Shown in pieces: positions 1 through 13,411 of a stretch of 64,000 bases of DNA (positions are counted from its first letter, which is position 1; every line of letters begins with the position of its first letter). The translations under genes were made by a program, and so were the position numbers. The stretch spans positions 172,300,001 through 172,364,000 of the forward strand of contig CM059425.1 in the NCBI GenBank assembly GCA_030390025.1. The letters run 5' to 3'. Source of the DNA: Squalus acanthias (taxonomy: Eukaryota). The notes under the pieces were generated by a model. It had not been told where the DNA came from, did not search any database, and worked only from the letters and a program-made list of their open reading frames with translations.

Positions 1-1420
1 TGTCTTTCAGTGCATCTTAGAAAGTCTGCTTTTAGTGACCTACTGTTTTTTTTAATTTCAGTCACACTCCTGTAATGTAATTTTATTGTTGCACTTGATG
101 CCTCGGAAGAAATCTGGCTATGGCATGTAATTTATATTCAGTGAGGGAAACATAATTGAGGATAGGAGAAGCTGCATATTACTGAGTTTGCAAAATAGCT
201 CTGAAATCTATTAACATACTATTGCAGTTTTGCCTTCAAAGTCAACAATTCCATCTTAAATGCTTTAGGCTTCTGGAATTCACACTGCGAATTCTAGCTA
301 CCCTTGAATCTGGAGGAAAAGGCATAACGCATACTTTTAAGGTGTAATTTGGAGGGAAAGGAAATAAAATAGAAAATTCATGTAATTAAACTATCGCAAG
401 GCACCTTTATTGTATCGCTATATAGAATTATCTTTTTTTATGGCTGTACCCACTTGAAAGGCTGCTTTTAATGTCTTGTGAACCTGAACCTGAAATCCCT
501 CTGCTCTTCCATGTCATCCAGCCTTCCTTCATTCAAAAGTCGTTGATTGTCTTCAGTGACTGGTATCAACATGTAGTGAAGCATGGTCTTGCACAATACC
601 ATCTTGAGTCATGAGCAATAACGGGTGGAAACTGGCTTAAAAGATTGTTTGATTTGAAAATAAACTGCAGTTTAGGGGTATACAATATTGGCTTGAAATT
701 TTCAGTTTATTAAATAAGCTTTTTGCTTGTAGATTAGAGGTGACTTGAGTATTATTGATTTTTGACATTGCACTATTTCTGTAACCCAAAGGATAGTAAT
801 TTACCATTAAAAACGTTATTTGCAGTAAATACAATGCATGTGAGCTTTTATGTATGTGGTACCCCCAGATGATACATCATGAATACTATGGTGAGAGGGC
901 TAACCTGTTAACTTAAAGTAATAAAATTCCAGTGTGGTTAGCACCAAGAGTAGGGTATAAATCATACCTAATGGGACTTCCTAATATACTCTGTTCATGC
1001 CATACATTACAAATAAATCTAGTAAAGATGTGTAAAAGATAGGTTTAGTCATGCGCTGTATTCTTTTATGGATTATAGTTTGGTTCTAATGCTATTGCAG
1101 TATCACAGTTGCTAATTAGATTTGCATAATGTAGATTCATACTTTTAGTATTTTTACAAATTGATTTTCAACAGAAAAATTGTTCCACAAAATGCCACCA
1201 TTCTGAAATTTGAAAATATATTTCATATTTGTCATGTCACATTTAAAATTACATCAGCATGCACTGTATAATGTTTCTTGAAATGCCCTCCACCAAGCTC
1301 GTAATAAAATTTGAACTTTACAATATGACATATAATATATGCCTTTCTATACTTGGTATTAAATATGTGCTTGAAGGAAAAATATGTGGCTTGTTAATTT
1401 TTTTTTTAACTTTGGCGCAG

Positions 1421-1477
1421 GACAAGAAATGGGTTCTCAATCACGAAGATGTAACTCTTGGAGAATTACTGGGCAAA
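1421..1477 (+). CDS. FER: FER tyrosine kinase internal exon (57 nt), start of kinase domain
   Basis: Polypyrimidine tract and ...ggcgcag acceptor, gtaagt donor; encodes DKKWVLNHEDVTLGELLGK; phase 0/0; joins the next exon to form the GKGNFG glycine loop. Confidence 0.96.
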
Positions 1478-1550
1478 GTAAGTGGAAAAGTCTCCCTGAC
1501 TGATTTATTAGTTAACTCTTTAAGATGTGCAGTGGCATATTTTCATTATA

Positions 1551-1888
1551 CAGGAAACTCTCGTTTAAACGGCATTTTCTATTAACCGGCAAAATTCATA
1601 CTCCGAAAACAACACCTCAATAACCGTTTTGTTTTACTGTTAAGTAATTAAAGAGTTATGGATTACCCTCAACTGGCAGTACTGTATTTAATCAAGCATC
1701 TTCCACCATCCATTTAACACAACATTCTGTAGGTGAGTACCCAATTACTGTATACTGCACATTTCTTGATTTTTTTATTTTTGTTTGTTAAAAATAGCCT
1801 CGGTAGATAACCCTCTCCGTCATCGGGAATTTTTAATCAACCGGCACCATCCCAGTCCCATCGGTGCCGGATACCAAAGAGTTTCCTG
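1551..1888. mobile_element. Tc1/mariner (Tigger/pogo-like) MITE
   Basis: TA|CAGGAAACTCTCGTTTAAACGGCA ... TGCCGGATACCAAAGAGTTTCCTG|TA: imperfect TIRs beginning CAG, with a TA target duplication. Confidence 0.75.
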
Positions 1889-3604
1889 TATCATATTATA
1901 GGCAACAATTTTCCATTTATTCTTTCAACTGAACTGTAAAAACATCTGTTCAGTTTGTCAGTACCTTGGTCTTATTCTGATTTATGAAAGTTAGATTTTT
2001 TAAACTTTTAATTATCTCTCTTAGCTTGTTGAATACCATTCCCTAACCAAAAGGGCACGTGAACAGTCAAGCAACTTGCTTCCAGTCCTCTGCTTGTGCT
2101 GTTCTGTAACAGGCCACAAGAAGGTACACATGAGAAAGGGTGGGGTGACTTCACCAGTCCCCAAAATTTTTCTTCGATGCCTGTGCAGAAACTAACTGGA
2201 ATCCCTTTAATGATAAAACCAATATCAGGAATTGGCAATGCGGGAAATTGCAAATCAAGGTGCTGCCTACCATACAGTGTGGTACAGTTCATTCACACAG
2301 CAATCGCAGTATGTGCGCACATAAAGTTGAAAAGAAATATTTGCAAATTTCACTTTTTAAAAACAAATGCTTTAAAAAAAAAGATATTAATAAGAGAAAG
2401 ATTGGCATTGTGAAAGTAAAGAATCTGCATAATGGAGATAAATAGAAAATGCTGAAAATCTGGTTAAAAATAGAAAATGCTGGGAAAATACCTGTTACAT
2501 TTCAGGATTTCAGACCTTGGTTTAATATATGTTACTATAGCTACTATTGAGCTAACCCTGGTTCTTAAGGGGTTAAAGTCACAGGATGCAAGGCTGACGA
2601 ATATAAATTAGATTTCAGACCAGCATCTTGGAGACAAAGATAGTTTTACATTCCAATGATCATTCATACTCCATGCATTTTTGACAACTCTATTCATTTA
2701 AATGCTGCAGTGGTCATTGCCAAGTTCGACCTTTGTTCTTGGGGACGGGGGTGATTAGTTTGGCTAAAAGCTGACGGTGGAGACAACCATGGGGGCAGTC
2801 AGATCACAAAGGGCTGTGAGGAAGATGGAACGCAGGAGAATGGAGTTAAGAAATTCGCTTTGTGTCAAGCAAAGATGATCCAATGAAGTGAGACAGTGTA
2901 GTGTGTTTATTATTTTTATAATATGCAAATTATTGGAAATAAATAAAACTGATCGTAACGTTTCTGTATTTTCACATTACTGTAGACTAAAGCAGCTTAG
3001 CTTTTCGTATCAAGACACCTCTCATCAAGTGTTTGTAGAGATTCAAGGAATACATGTGCAAAAGGCACGGATATCTGGTTCAGGTCATGAGGAGGTTCCG
3101 TTGTTACACCCCGAAGTCACGTTATCGTACAAATAGATGAAGAGTGGTGTGAGTCAACACTACTACTACTCCTGGCAATACAGTGGCCTGCACGCGTTCT
3201 GCTCATTTTTTCCCCCAACCCCCCAGAAGGCATAGAAGTTGCATCAGGACAGAGAGAAATCTTTGACACAGAATTCCTGAATTGGCTATGGTTTCTATTC
3301 TTTTACCTATCTCGGGAGCTAAGAGGGGGACTAAGTTTAGGTACATAGGGATAATTCCGGCAAAAAGATGGGGTGTGTGTTATTGGGCCTGATAGCCTTT
3401 ATTTATCCTAGGTATATAGCATAACTTATTAAACCATGCATAACAGCAGCTGTGTTGTATCTCTTTCTGATTCTTCATTTCTTTGACGTGATGAAACCCC
3501 ATCCCTCAGAACCACTTCCCCTTATTGCTATACCAATGTATTGAGTCACCAAAGAAATTCAAAATGGTCTGTCATAAGATTTAGTGTTGGCAATAAGTCT
3601 AAGA

Positions 3605-3672
3605 GAGACATTGCCATGTTCCTCTGGTAGAGTGCCATGTCCGAGACATCGCCATGTTCCTGTGGTAGAGTG
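3605..3672. repeat. Short local direct duplication (30-nt unit, 38-nt period)
   Basis: gagacattgccatgttcctctggtagagtg and gagacatcgccatgttcctgtggtagagtg. Confidence 0.8.
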
Positions 3673-6159
3673 TCTAAATTCTTCAGTTTGGAGCCAGTCA
3701 TTCTAGTTCCTGGTGATCCTGTCGGACTATTTTCTGTCCTTCAGATATTCAAGCAAATGGTTTAGCCCAACATAACTTGCGTTTTACTTTGGCTGAGTTG
3801 GTAGCACTGTTCCCTCTGGCACAGTGTTTGTGGGTTCAAGCCCTGCTTAATAAAATCCTGTAGTAAATCTCGCAATTTAAAGAAGAAATAAGGGAAGGAA
3901 AAAGAAGAAAAGCATACCTTAACCAGGTGGTCATCAAGAGATTTCCCGTGCTAGTTATCAAAATAAATTATAGCTGAAGGTAATGACAATGCTGATGATT
4001 CTCTAAGTTTAGTAGAATCATAGAATGATTACAGCATAGAAGGCCGCCATTCGGCCCGTCAAGCCAGTGTCAGACTACACTTTACTGAAGAAGGTTATTA
4101 GCATGTGACTTGTATCTCGAGGCAATACTGTTCCTACCAGTGGTGAAGTGGGCATACTGTTCATTGAAGGGGATCTGGGGGCATCCTCACCCAGAAAGTT
4201 TCATTTCTGACACTTTGATGCATTTAACAGCATTTTGTCATAGAATATATAACATTTTTCAGTGGCAATTATAGAAGTGGGTATACTATAAAATGCACCA
4301 AATGCTGCACCGCTTACTAGCCGGATAGAAATACTTGCTTGCAAAGAAGTGAACTTAGCCCAAAACCGTTAGTCTGCAGGATCAACTCAAGTGCAGTACC
4401 ACCAACTGAATGGCCACAAAGCTGCTGCGTATTGGTGTCAGAACAAGAGCTCCTCCCAATTATACCAGTTTCAAAGTGGGCAACTTTAAGAAGCATACAT
4501 GCCAATCTAGAAAACTAGCAAAACATGACCAACAGCTTCAAAAAAAAACTTACACAGTTCCCAAAAAGTTGACAACTCAAGCATGACCCTGATTCTAAGT
4601 CTCCAACATGTGAAGGTAGTTACATGCTTTGTAACTTGAGCTGTAGATGTATCCAACATTCCTTCAGTTGCTTTGAAGAAAACATAACTGGTTGAAAGCT
4701 TGAAGAGGTAAATGTAAATGTTGGAGGTGCAAAATTGGTGATCCACTTTTTGGAGGTCCAGGAGCAACCTCCTCTGGAATAATTTTGATTTTTACATTAA
4801 TTTTAATAAATTTCATTAATTTTATACTTCATAATTGGTAGATGTTTGGGCGAATAAAAAAGGAGAAACAGAGTGACATTTGTATTTTGAACGGGCCAAC
4901 CAGAACATCACTTCCCCAAAAGTTACCTCAACGGTCACTTTTGTGCAGGACGGCTTCCCGCCTCCAAGCAAAAGGGCACGGAGGCGGGATGGGGGCGGGT
5001 TTACCAGCCGCCCCCACATTATGCAACTTTACCGGCAGTCCCGCCTCCATACCCGCCTCCTCGGGGCTGACAAAATCCAGCCCAATGTATTCCATCCAAC
5101 TCCCCACCCTTTCATGCAGACATTCTCTTCCTCCAACTTCATACTTCTTCTCTCCTGTCAATTCAACCCAGTACTCTTTCTCCCTTCTAACTTAGTTCAA
5201 GCTAGCACTCTTCTGCAACCTCTGTTCAAACTGGCACTCCTCTCTTGCCCCTTCCCAGTTTAACCTGGCACTCTCCCTCCCCCCAGTTAATACTCCACTC
5301 CATCTCCATTAAAGCCGTCATTCCTCTTCCTCCCAAAACCCTGAAGCCCACTTTCTGCAAAATGTTTCCCTCCCATTCAATAACATCCATTTCTTTTCCT
5401 TTCCCTTTCTTTTTTTATTGCCACCAGTTTCACCCCTTCCCAGTTCCCTTCATTGCCATCCCAACCCTCTTTGCTCGTCCTCTCCCCTCTGGACAATTTC
5501 TACCTCACTGGTGTCACTATGGATGGGAACTGGTCTCTCTTGCCTTAGTGCTGATCTCCAAGTGCTGTTGTTGCTAACAGACTGGCCTCTTGCCACTGCA
5601 TTGCTCCCCAGTGTTGCTGCAAGTGGAAGGGATTCTGTATCTGCATAATGTAGTTGGGGATCCTTTTCACCAGCAACAAACTTGGAGAAGTGGAAGAGAG
5701 GCAAGTCTATTAGCAGCAGCAGCATTCGGGGAGTAGCGCTAAGAAGAGAAGCGTATGGTTCCATTTTTAGCAACTACGAACAGAGCATACTCTTTTCTCC
5801 TGAAATTAAAAGTGGGTATACAGGATATACTCGCACGTTCCCCCAACAATGTCCCTGGTTCTTCCTATAATTCAGCCTGGTTCCAACTCCAATCAATGTT
5901 TGATCACAACTCAGTAGTTTAGAGCAAAGCAAGACTCATGCATATAACGGGTTTCCCCTTCAATGTCCATGATTCAGCTGCATGCCTCCCCATGTTGAGT
6001 TCAGAAAATCCACACATGAACATTTTGAATCTGATGGCAGAAGTCATTTTTATGAATGACTTTTCATGAAAAAATTGTAGATAAATCTCCTGCTATAATG
6101 TAAATCACTGTTGGGGCCAAGCCTCTGGAAATACTTTGAATGGTATGCAATTTAGAGCA

Positions 6160-7917
6160 CCAACAACTTGCATTTATATAGCGCCTTTAACGTAGCAAAA
6201 CGTCCCAAGGCGCTTAACAAGGGTGTTACCAATAGAATTTTTTGACACCAAGCAACATAAGGAGATATCAGGACAGATGACCAAAAGCTTGGTCAAAGAG
6301 GTAGGTTTTAAGGAGGAGAGAGAGATCTAGGGAGGGAATTCCAGAGCTTAGGTCAGAGGAGGAGACCAGGAAGCTCCAGAGCGATTTGGACAGACTGGGT
6401 GATTGGGCGGATAAATGGCAGATGCACTATAATGTGGACAAGTGCGAAGTTATCCACCTTGGGTGCAGGAACGGGAGGGCAAATTATTATTTAAATGGCA
6501 ATAAATTGGGAGAGGGGGAAGTACTGAGAGACCTGGGTGTTCTTGTACACCAGTCACTGAAGGCGAGCATGCAGGTGCAACAGGCGGTCAAGAAGGCAAA
6601 CTGTATGCTGGCCTTCAAAGCAAAAGGGTTGGAATACAGGAACAGGGATACCTTGCTGCAGCTGTACAGGGCACTGGTGAGACCACACCTCGAGTACTGT
6701 GTACAGTTTTGGTCGCCTCATCTGAGGAAAGATGTTCTTGCCATGGAGCGGGTGCAGCGGCGATTCACCAGGCTGATACCAGGAATGGCGGGATTGACCT
6801 ATGAGGAGAGACTATGTAGTTTAGGGATGTACACACTGGAGTTTAGAAGATTGAGAGGGGACCTCATAGAAGTGTATAAAATTCTGACAGGTCTAGACAG
6901 ACTAGATGCAGAAGGAATGTTTCCCTTGGCGGGTGAGAACAGAACTAGAGGACATAATTTAAGGATAAGGGCTAAACCATTTAGGACAGAAATGAGGGGG
7001 AATTTCTTCACTCAGAGGGTGGTGAACCTGTGGAACTCATTGCCACAGAGGGCAGTGTACGCCAGCTCATTAAATATATTTAAGAGGGAATTAGATATAT
7101 TTCTACAGGCAAAAGGGGTTAAGGGTTACGGAGAGAAGGCGGGGATGGGATACTGAATTGGAGGATCAGCCATGATCTCATTAAATGACGGAGCAGGCTC
7201 GAAGGGCCGGATGGCCTACTCCTGCTCCTATCTTCTATGTATCTATGTATGTCCCAGGCAGCTGAAAGCACAGCTGCAAATGGTGGAGCGATTAAAATTG
7301 GGGACGCGCAAGATGCCAAAATTGGAGGAGCACAAAGATTTTGAAGGCTTGTAGGGCTGGAAGAGGTTACAGAGATAGAGAAGGAGGGGCGAGGCCATGG
7401 AAATATTTGTAAACAAGAATGCGGATTTTAAATTTAAGGCGTTGTCTGATCAGGAGCCAGTGTCGGTCAGCGAGGACGGGTGTTGTGAATGGGACTTGGT
7501 GCAAGTTAAGATATGGGCAGCAGAGTTTTGGATGAGCAGAAGTTTATGTTGGGGGGAAGATGGGAGGCCAGCCAGGAGAGCATTGGAATAGTCAAGTCTA
7601 GAGATAACAAAGGCATGAATGAGAGTTTCAGCAGCAGATGAGCTGAGGCAGGGTCGGAGTCAGGCGATGTTACGGAGGTGGAAGTAGGCAGTCTTGGTTA
7701 TGGCGCAGATATGTGCTCGGAAGCTCATCTGAGTCAAACACAACACCAAGGTTGCGAACGGTCTGGCTCAGCATCAGACAGTTGCCAGGGAGAGGGATGA
7801 AAACGGTGGTCAGGGAACGGAGTTTGTGGCGTGGACCAAAGGCAGTGGCTTCAGTCTTCCCAATATTTAGTTGGAGGAAATTTCTGTGCGTCCGATACTG
7901 GATGTCGGACAAGCAGT
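6160..7917 (-). mobile_element. L2-clade LINE 3' fragment, interrupted by a CR1
   Basis: Minus-strand 3' end ...aaaggcgctatataaatgcaagttgttg; ORF remnant NFLQLNIGKTEA...TVRNLGVVFD; sequence resumes after 7250. Confidence 0.8.
6354..7250 (+). mobile_element. CR1 LINE, 5'-truncated (RT C-terminus, 3' UTR, microsatellite tail)
   Basis: ORF 6386-7156 (WQMHYNVDKC, LVRPHLEYCVQFW, FFTQRVVNLWNSLP); tail ttctatgtatctatgtat. Confidence 0.92.
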
Positions 7918-7920
7918 GTA

Positions 7921-8412
7921 GGGATACGGTAGCATAGTGGTTATGTTATTGGACTAATAATCCAGAGGCTTGGACTAATGATCTGGAGACATGAGTTCAA
8001 ATTCAAATGGAGAATTTAAATTCAATTAATGAAATAACTCTGGAATAAAAAGCTAGTATCAATAATGGTGACCATGAAACTACCGGATTGTCGTAAAAAC
8101 CCATCTGGTTCACTAATGTCCTTTTGGGAAGGAAATCTGCCGTCTTTACCCGGTCTGGTCTATATGTGACTCCAGATCCACAGCAACATGGTTGACTCTT
8201 AACTGCCCTCTGAAATGACCTAGCAAGCCACTCGGTTGTTTTTTTTAATTCGTTTATGGGATCTGGGCGTCGCTGGCAAGGCCAGCATTTATTGCCCATC
8301 CCTAATTCAAGAAAGTGACTCACCACCACCTTCTCAAGGGCAATTAGGGATGGGCAATAAATGCTGGCCTTGCTGCTAACATCCACATCCCGTGAATGAA
8401 TTTTAAAAAAAA
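7921..8412 (+). mobile_element. tRNA-derived SINE sharing its 3' tail with the LINE family at 44193; contains an inverted copy of the tail
   Basis: A-box-like ggtagcatagtgg and B-box-like gagttcaaat; 3' end caccaccaccttctcaagggcaattagggatgggcaataaatgctggcc matches 44700-44750. Confidence 0.75.
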
Positions 8413-8709
8413 TCAGAGACTTATTTATAATGCGTTTCTTCACTTTGGAGCAGTGGCAATAGCCAAATAGTGATACAGTACATCAGTTGCCAGCAAAATG
8501 CAACGTGGTTCTTGCTTTAATTGTGCTTTCAATGAGATGTTCGGTTTAAAACAACTCAAGCAAGTACAATACTGATTCTCCATCAGAAAGTGCTTGATCA
8601 GATATTCCTCAGCTTCAAGGTTCCAGAGGACATTCTGTTTTATAAATGAATGTTCAAATGCCAACCTTCTTTACTAGTATTTGGACCCCAGGTCGTATGG
8701 TGCAGGACA

Positions 8710-9175
8710 TAACAACACAAGAACTAGGAACAGGAGTAGACCATACGGCCCTTCGAGCCTGCTCCGCCGTTCAATAAGATCTTCGACTTCAACTCCACTT
8801 TCCTGCCCGATCTCCATATCCCTTGATGCCCCTAGAGTCCCAAAATCTATCTATCTCAGCCTTGAATGTACCCAACGATTCAACATCCACAGCCCTTTGG
8901 GGAAGAGAATTCCAGAGATTCACAACCCTCTGAGTGAAGAAATTCCTCCTCATCTCAGTCCTAAATGGCCGACCCCTTATCCTGAGACTAAGCCCCCTAG
9001 TTCTAGACTCTCCAGCCAGGGGAAACATCCTCTCGGCATCTACCCTGTCAATCCCCCTCAGAATCTTGTGTTTCAATGAGATTACCTCTCATTCTTCTAA
9101 ACTCCAGAGAGTATAGGCCTAATCTACTCAATCTCTCCTCATCGGACAACCCTCTCATCCCAGGAATCAATCTAG
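8710..9175 (-). mobile_element. CR1 LINE 3' fragment
   Basis: ORF 8789-9076 (GESRTRG, FFTQRVVNLWNSLP) and CR1 3' UTR. Confidence 0.9.
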
Positions 9176-9760
9176 AGTACTGTCCCATTAGTTTGGAGCC
9201 TGTTGCTTGTGTTTCTTTTCTGACTTCTAATCCCTGTAATAATGGAAGTATTACTTGGTTTCCATTCTCAAGGGATTAAATTAGCAACAGTGAAGACTGT
9301 TTGGAAGGAAAACAGTCTTCTTTACAGGCATGTGCTCGAACCCAATATTCCGTGCACCTGGGTGCAGAGCCAGGAAAATCTCACCTATAATTTCCAGATT
9401 ATCAAAAATAACTTCTTGGTACATTTTTAACTTCTCTGTTAGATTAATGATGTAACCTTATTGAATAATACTTTAATTTACAATGTACCACTACTCAAAA
9501 GTTAATATCATCAAAAATATATTTTAGCAACAGGAATCTTTCTGTTTTTGAATTCTGGGGGATATATTTTCCAACTGGTACTGTTGGAAACTTGAATACT
9601 TAACATGCTTGTACAGAATTCCTCTGAGTGTTTTAAACATAGATATTAAAGCACACAGAGGAAGTTGGTATCCATTCATACAGGGAAAGTGACAGTCAGA
9701 AAATGTATCCGTGTGTTTGCATTACCTTGATGATTTAATCTAATAGATGTCTGTTTATGA

Positions 9761-9901
<141 letters not shown>

Positions 9902-12900
9902 TAGGTTTTATATACTGAAAGTGCACACAAAAGAGAATTGTATTTACATTTATGGAAGTGATTTTCTCATTTCTTTCATGCTGACAAACTTGAGTCTGAG
10001 TGAACCTATCATCAAAAGTTATACCGAAGCAAGATAATGTATATTTCTTTAAAAGCTACAGGTTGTGTATGGAAGAGAAAAAAGATTATTCTTGCTCCCT
10101 TTTCCCCTCTCCTTTTGTGTCATGTTTCACTTCCAAATCATAGTCTGTAACAGAGATGGTTGGGTGAATGGCACATATACTTCAACCAGGGCTTCTAATA
10201 TGAGATTACTCCTGTGTTTATGGTTCAAAATCAATGTGGTGTTGGTTTTTGGTTCACGTTTACAACTAGATAATATATCTGTTGGTCATCATCGTTACTG
10301 CTACAGTGGACCAAGAGCATAATGATATTACAAATTTCAGATCTGCCCTAGATACTCTCTCAGGTTAAGCATAACTGGTCTCTCCCATAATGTGATTCCA
10401 CATTGCTTATGATCAGAAGTTTACTTTCACCATTATCTAGATGAGACCCTGGGTGTACGAATGAGACCCGTTTGGACTGGATATTATAATCCTCCTTGCA
10501 TGTCCACTCCAGAAAGGCAGAGTGATTAGCACTTAAGTGAAATGTGGCCAGATATAAATTGTTTAGCTGCTATATTTTACAGTCAGTAAGTAAAAACGCA
10601 GTTATAGAAAATCTCACCTTACTTCAAATTAACTACAGTCCCTCCTTGTAATGAAGAGAATAATAAATCACTTCACACTGACTCTGGTAGTTGGCTAAGT
10701 AACACTTTATTTTGGTCAACCCTGTCACTGAATGTAAGAATTAGGAGTAGGCCATACGGCCCCTCGAGCCTGCTCTGCCATTCAATAAGATCATGGCTGA
10801 TCTTGGACCTCAACTCCACTTTCCCGCCCGATCCCCATATCCCTTGATTCCCCAAGAGTCCAAAAATCTATCTATCTCAGCCTTGAATATATTCAACGAC
10901 TGAGCATCCACAGCCCTCTGGGGTAGAGAATTCCAAAGATTCACCACCCTCTGAGTGACGAAATTTCTCCTCATCTCAGTCTTAAATGGCCGACCCTTAT
11001 CCTGAGTCTATGCCCCCAGTTCTAGACTCTCCAGCCAGGGAAAACAACCTCTCAGCATCTACCCTGTCAATCCCCCTCAGAATCTTGTATGTTTCAATGA
11101 GATCACCTTTCATTCTTCTAAACTCCAGAGAGTATAGGCCCAATCTACTCAATCTCTCCTCATAGAACAACTCTCATCCAGGAATCAATCCAGTGAAACT
11201 TTGTTGCACCACCTCTAAGGCAAGTATATCCTTCTTCAGATAAGGAGACCAAACCTGCACAGTACTCCAGGTGTGGTCTCACCAAAGCCCTCTACAATTG
11301 TAGCAAGACTTCCTTACTCTTGTACTCCAACCCCTTTGCAATAAAGGCTAACATGCCATTTGCCTTCCTAATTGCTTGCTGTACCTGCATGCTAACTTTC
11401 TGTGTTTCCTGTATGAGGACACTAAAGCTCTCTGAACACCAACATTTAATAATTTCTTACCATTTAAAAAATATTCTGTTTTTCTATTTTTCCTACCAAA
11501 GTGAATAACCTCACATTTCCCCACATTATACTCCATCTGCCACCTTATTGCCCACTCATTTAACCTGTCTATATCCCTTTGCAGGCCCTTTGTGTCCTCC
11601 TCACAGCTTACTTTCCCACCTAGCTTTGTATCATCAGCAAACTTGGATATATTACACTCTGTCCCTTCATCTAAGTCATGAATATAGATTGTAAATAGCT
11701 GAGGCCCAAGCACTGATCCTTGTGGCACCCCACCAGTTACAACCTGCCAACCTGAAAATTACCCGTTTATCCCTACTCTCTCTTTTCTATCGGTTAGCAA
11801 ATCGTCTATCCATGCTAATAAATTACCCCTAACCCCATGAACCCTTATCTTGCACTGCAAGCTTTTATGTGGCACCTTATCAAATGCCTTTTGGAAATCC
11901 AAATGTACTACATCCACTGGTTCCCCTTTACCTACCCTGCTAGTTACATCCTCAAAAATCGCGAATAAATTTGTTAAACATGATTTCCCTTTCATAAAAC
12001 CATGTTAACTCTGCCTAAACATATTATGATTTTCCAAGTGCCCTGTTACCACTCCCTTAATAATGGATTCCAGCATTTTCCCGATGACGTGATATCAGGC
12101 TGACTGGCCTGTAGTTCCCTTTTTTCTCTCTCCCTCCTTTCTTGAATAGCAGGGTAACATTTGCTACCTTCCAATCCACTGGGATAGGATCTAGAATCTA
12201 GGGAATTTTGGAAGATCACAACCAATGCAGCCACCTCTTTTAGAACCCGAGGATTTAGGCCATCAGGTCCAGGGGATTTGTCGGCTTTTCGTCCCATTAA
12301 TTTCTCAAGTACTTTTTCTTTACTGATTTTAATTACTTCAAGTTCCTCACTCTCATTAGCCCCTTGATTCCCACTATTTTTGGTATGTTTTTTGTGTCTT
12401 CCACTATTTGTTAAGTCTCTGCCATTTCCTTGTTTCACATTATAATTTCTCCTGTCTCTGCCTCTAAAGGTCCAACACTTACTTTTGCTACTCTCTTCCT
12501 TTTTACATACATACTTATAAAAGCCCTTACAATCTGTGTTGATATTTTCTGCTAGTTTACTCTATTTTCTCCCTTTATCAATTTTTTGATCATCCTTTGC
12601 TGGTTTCTGAAGCTCTCCCAAACCTCAGGCTTACTACTATTCTTCGCAACAATATAAGCCTCTTTCAATCTAATACTATCCTTAACAACTTTAGTTAGCC
12701 ACGGATGGATCACTTTTCCCGTAGAGTTTTTATTTCTCAATGGAATGTATATTCGTTGAGAATTTTGGAATATTTCTTTAAATGTTTATCACTGCTTATC
12801 TGCCATAATACCTTTTAATCTAATTTTCCAATCTACCTTAGCCAACTCGTCCCTCACACCTATGTAATTGACCTTATTTAAGTTTAAGACTCTAGTTTTG

Positions 12901-12943
12901 TATTTGAGAGTGTCACTCTCAAACTCAATGTGAAATTCAATCA

Positions 12944-13056
12944 TGTTATGATCACTCTTCTCCAGATGATCCTTTACTATGAGATCACTAATTAATCCTG
13001 TTATGATCACTCTTCTCCAGATGATCCTTTACTATGAGATCACTAATTAATCCTGT
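12944..13056. repeat. 55-nt tandem duplication inside CR1 ORF2
   Basis: tgttatgatcactcttctccagatgatcctttactatgagatcactaattaatcc occurs twice, at 12944 and 12999. Confidence 0.9.
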
Positions 13057-13120
13057 CTCATTACACCAGACAAATCTAAAGTAGCCTATTCCCCGGTTGG
13101 TTCCACGATGTATTGTTCTA

Positions 13121-13411
13121 GGGCAACACGGTGGCATAGTGGTTAGCACTGTTGCCTCACAGCGCCAGGGACCCGGGTTCGAATCCGGCCTCGGGTGACT
13201 GTCTGTGTGGAGTTTGCACGTTCTCCCCGTGTCTGCGTGGGTTTCCTCCCACAGTCCAAAGATGTGCGGGTTAGGTTGATTTGGCTATGATAAATTGACC
13301 CTTAGTGTTAGGGGGATTAAATACGTGGGGTTACGGGGATAGGGTGGGATATGTGTCGGTGCAGGCTCGATGGGCCGAAATCGCCTCTATCTGCACTGTG
13401 GGGATTCTGTG
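13121..13411 (+). mobile_element. V-SINE (HE1-like), inserted in the CR1
   Basis: tRNA head (tggcatagtgg A box, ggttcgaatcc B box), V-domain ctgtgtggagtttgcacgttctccccgtgtctgcgtgggtttcctcc, CR1-like tail. Confidence 0.85.

Noticed and set aside
1259..1585. 108-aa ORF as a stand-alone gene
   Set aside because: Only 1421-1477 is kinase-like and bounded by splice sites; the rest is intron read-through.
4822..5773. Cluster of overlapping 65-127-aa ORFs
   Set aside because: Pyrimidine-rich low-complexity sequence plus a probable transposon end (aaaatccagccc near 5080); no recognisable domain or splice-consistent exon.
12944..13056. Direct repeats as a CRISPR-like array
   Set aside because: Only two adjacent units with no spacers; it is a tandem duplication in a CR1, and no cas genes are present.
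13121..13195. tRNA genes here and at 16932, 35461 and 62147
   Set aside because: The A/B boxes run straight into SINE bodies and LINE-like tails, so these are tRNA-derived SINE heads.
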